From: Azolla caroliniana
Lineage: Eukaryota > Plantae > Polypodiophyta
Direction of reading: 5' to 3'
Assembly (NCBI GenBank): GCA_043228905.1
Contig: JBHGNT010000002.1
Coordinates: forward strand, 992,001-1,056,000
DNA length: 64,000 nt
In this document: positions 62,506 through 64,000 of the stretch, in pieces
Layout: every line of letters begins with the position of its first letter
Numbering within the stretch: the stretch's first letter is position 1
Notes under the pieces: model-generated
Database searches by the model: none
What the model was told of the DNA's origin: nothing
What the model saw: only the letters and a program-made list of their open reading frames with translations
Made by a program: the position numbers and the translations under genes

Positions 62506-62964
62506 AGTTCTTGAGACACACTTCTGCTTTAACCAATGTAATATTTATCTAGACTCTATCATATATTTTGTCATAAGACTTAAAAAACTTCTTATTTTCT
62601 AGAGTGATTACAAACATTCAATAATTCATCCATTAAGGAGGTCTCATTTAAGCAAATATAAAGATAAGAATAAGAGTTTAACTATCCAAATGGAGTATGT
62701 ATGATATTCTCAAGATGGTTCTATGGTAGATATACGCTCGTGAAGCAAGAAACAAATTGATATATTATGTTCTAAACCAACCCAAATTCATTGACAACCA
62801 TATTCATTGAGTCTTTTAACTTATGGATGTAATTTTTTCAACGAACGCGGTGAATGAAATAGGATGTGGGTTCATTTCTTTTTGCGAAGAGCTCAAGTTT
62901 TGGTCTCAATTTTGAAATGCACTTGGCTAAAGTCTTTTCGAATGACATAAAATGTTTCTTATGT

Positions 62965-63420
62965 ATTTTTTTTTTCCAAAAAGAAGCTACTTTCCCATTA
63001 GTTAGGAGAGATTATTATAGAACGACTATACAAGGTGGCTTTTACATAAATCAAGAATATGACACTACTTACACATCCTTTCAAGCTGGTTACTTAATGT
63101 AAGTAGATACCTGAAGCTATAAACGATGTTCTTCAACATCGTCCAGTATGAGCCGAATCCTATGGCCTACAATGAATGGAGGGTGGGAGGAGAGTAGGAA
63201 ACAACCAATGTGGGGGCGGGTAGTTCCACCTTGAGCCGTTTCCTCCTTGCATCACCCATCAGTATGTTCCGTCATTTCTACAAGAAGTGCAAATGGGCAA
63301 TGACCACATCGTTGGAGTGGTTGCAAACCTCGTCCAATTGCCCATGAAGGGAATTGATAATCATGAACCAGATATCCATGATTAGTTCCTCTGGGGGCGT
63401 ACTCGATCTTGGAAGACCTT
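62965..63420 (-). mobile_element. 5'-truncated LINE 3' end (divergent subfamily)
   Basis: DIWFMIINSLHGQLD and WNYPPPHWLFP (63196-63228), then a 3' UTR and the tail motif at 62965-63003. Confidence 0.65.
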
Positions 63421-64000
63421 TAGGCAAGCTAATTACCTGGTCTAGTAGCTAATTAGCTATCATGGTGGCTAATTAGCTGTCCTAGTAGCTAATTAGCTAT
63501 CATGGTAGCTAATTAGCTGCTAATTAGCTTTCCTAGTAGCTAATTAGTTGGTAATAGCGAAATTAACTATCCTAGTAGCTAATTAGCTATCATGGTATCA
63601 TAGTAGCTGTCCTAGTAGCTAATTAGCTATCATGGTAGCTAATTAGCTTTCCTAGTAGCTAATTAGCTGGTAATAACTAGAGTAGCTAACTATCATAGTA
63701 GCTAATTAGCTATCATGGTAGCTAATTAGCTATCATGGTAGCTAATTACCTATTTTAATAGCTAATTAGCTATTCTAATAGCTAATTAGCTAATTACCTA
63801 TTCTAATTAGCTATTCTAGTAGCTATTTAGCTATCATGGTAGCTAAAACCTTATTCTAATAGCTAATTAGCTATCCTAAAAGCTAATTAGCTATTCTGGT
63901 AGCTAATTATCTGGTAATAACTAAATTAGCTATTGAGAATAGCTAATTAGCTATCATGGTAGCTAGTTAGCTATTTTGGTAGCTAATTATCTGGTAGTAA
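63421..64000. repeat. Minisatellite with ~20-bp unit and palindromic core TAGCTAATTAGCTA; runs off window end
   Basis: The 14-bp palindrome repeats with short variable linkers (TCATGG, TCCTAG, TTCTAA and others). Confidence 0.93.

Noticed and set aside
63421-64000. CRISPR-like array of palindromic repeats
   Set aside because: The linkers are only ~6 bp and recur, there are no cas genes, and the context is a plant genome. It is a minisatellite.

Overview
Eukaryotic land-plant genomic DNA, most likely a fern or other non-seed plant (inferred from the PLS-type PPR relics, the SMXL gene structure and the repeat landscape; not proven). Positions 1-26 kb are a dense nest of LTR retrotransposons. 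It holds two Ty1/copia families primed by tRNA-iMet: a Tork/Tnt1-like family with eight LTR copies (one full-length element with an ATATC TSD, two solo LTRs with TSDs) and a second copia family. It also holds a degraded element with a tRNA-Trp PBS and a gag-like ORF. Positions 26-64 kb are AT-rich and carry one intact 4-exon SMAX1-LIKE (SMXL) gene on the minus strand (about 1090 aa), PPR pseudogene fragments, a 534-bp foldback element, a degraded LINE and a palindromic minisatellite. About eight 5'-truncated non-LTR insertions in this half share a conserved 3' tail (AACTAATGGAAG...TTTTTGG-polyA), several with long TSDs. All coordinates were read by eye, and no searches were run.
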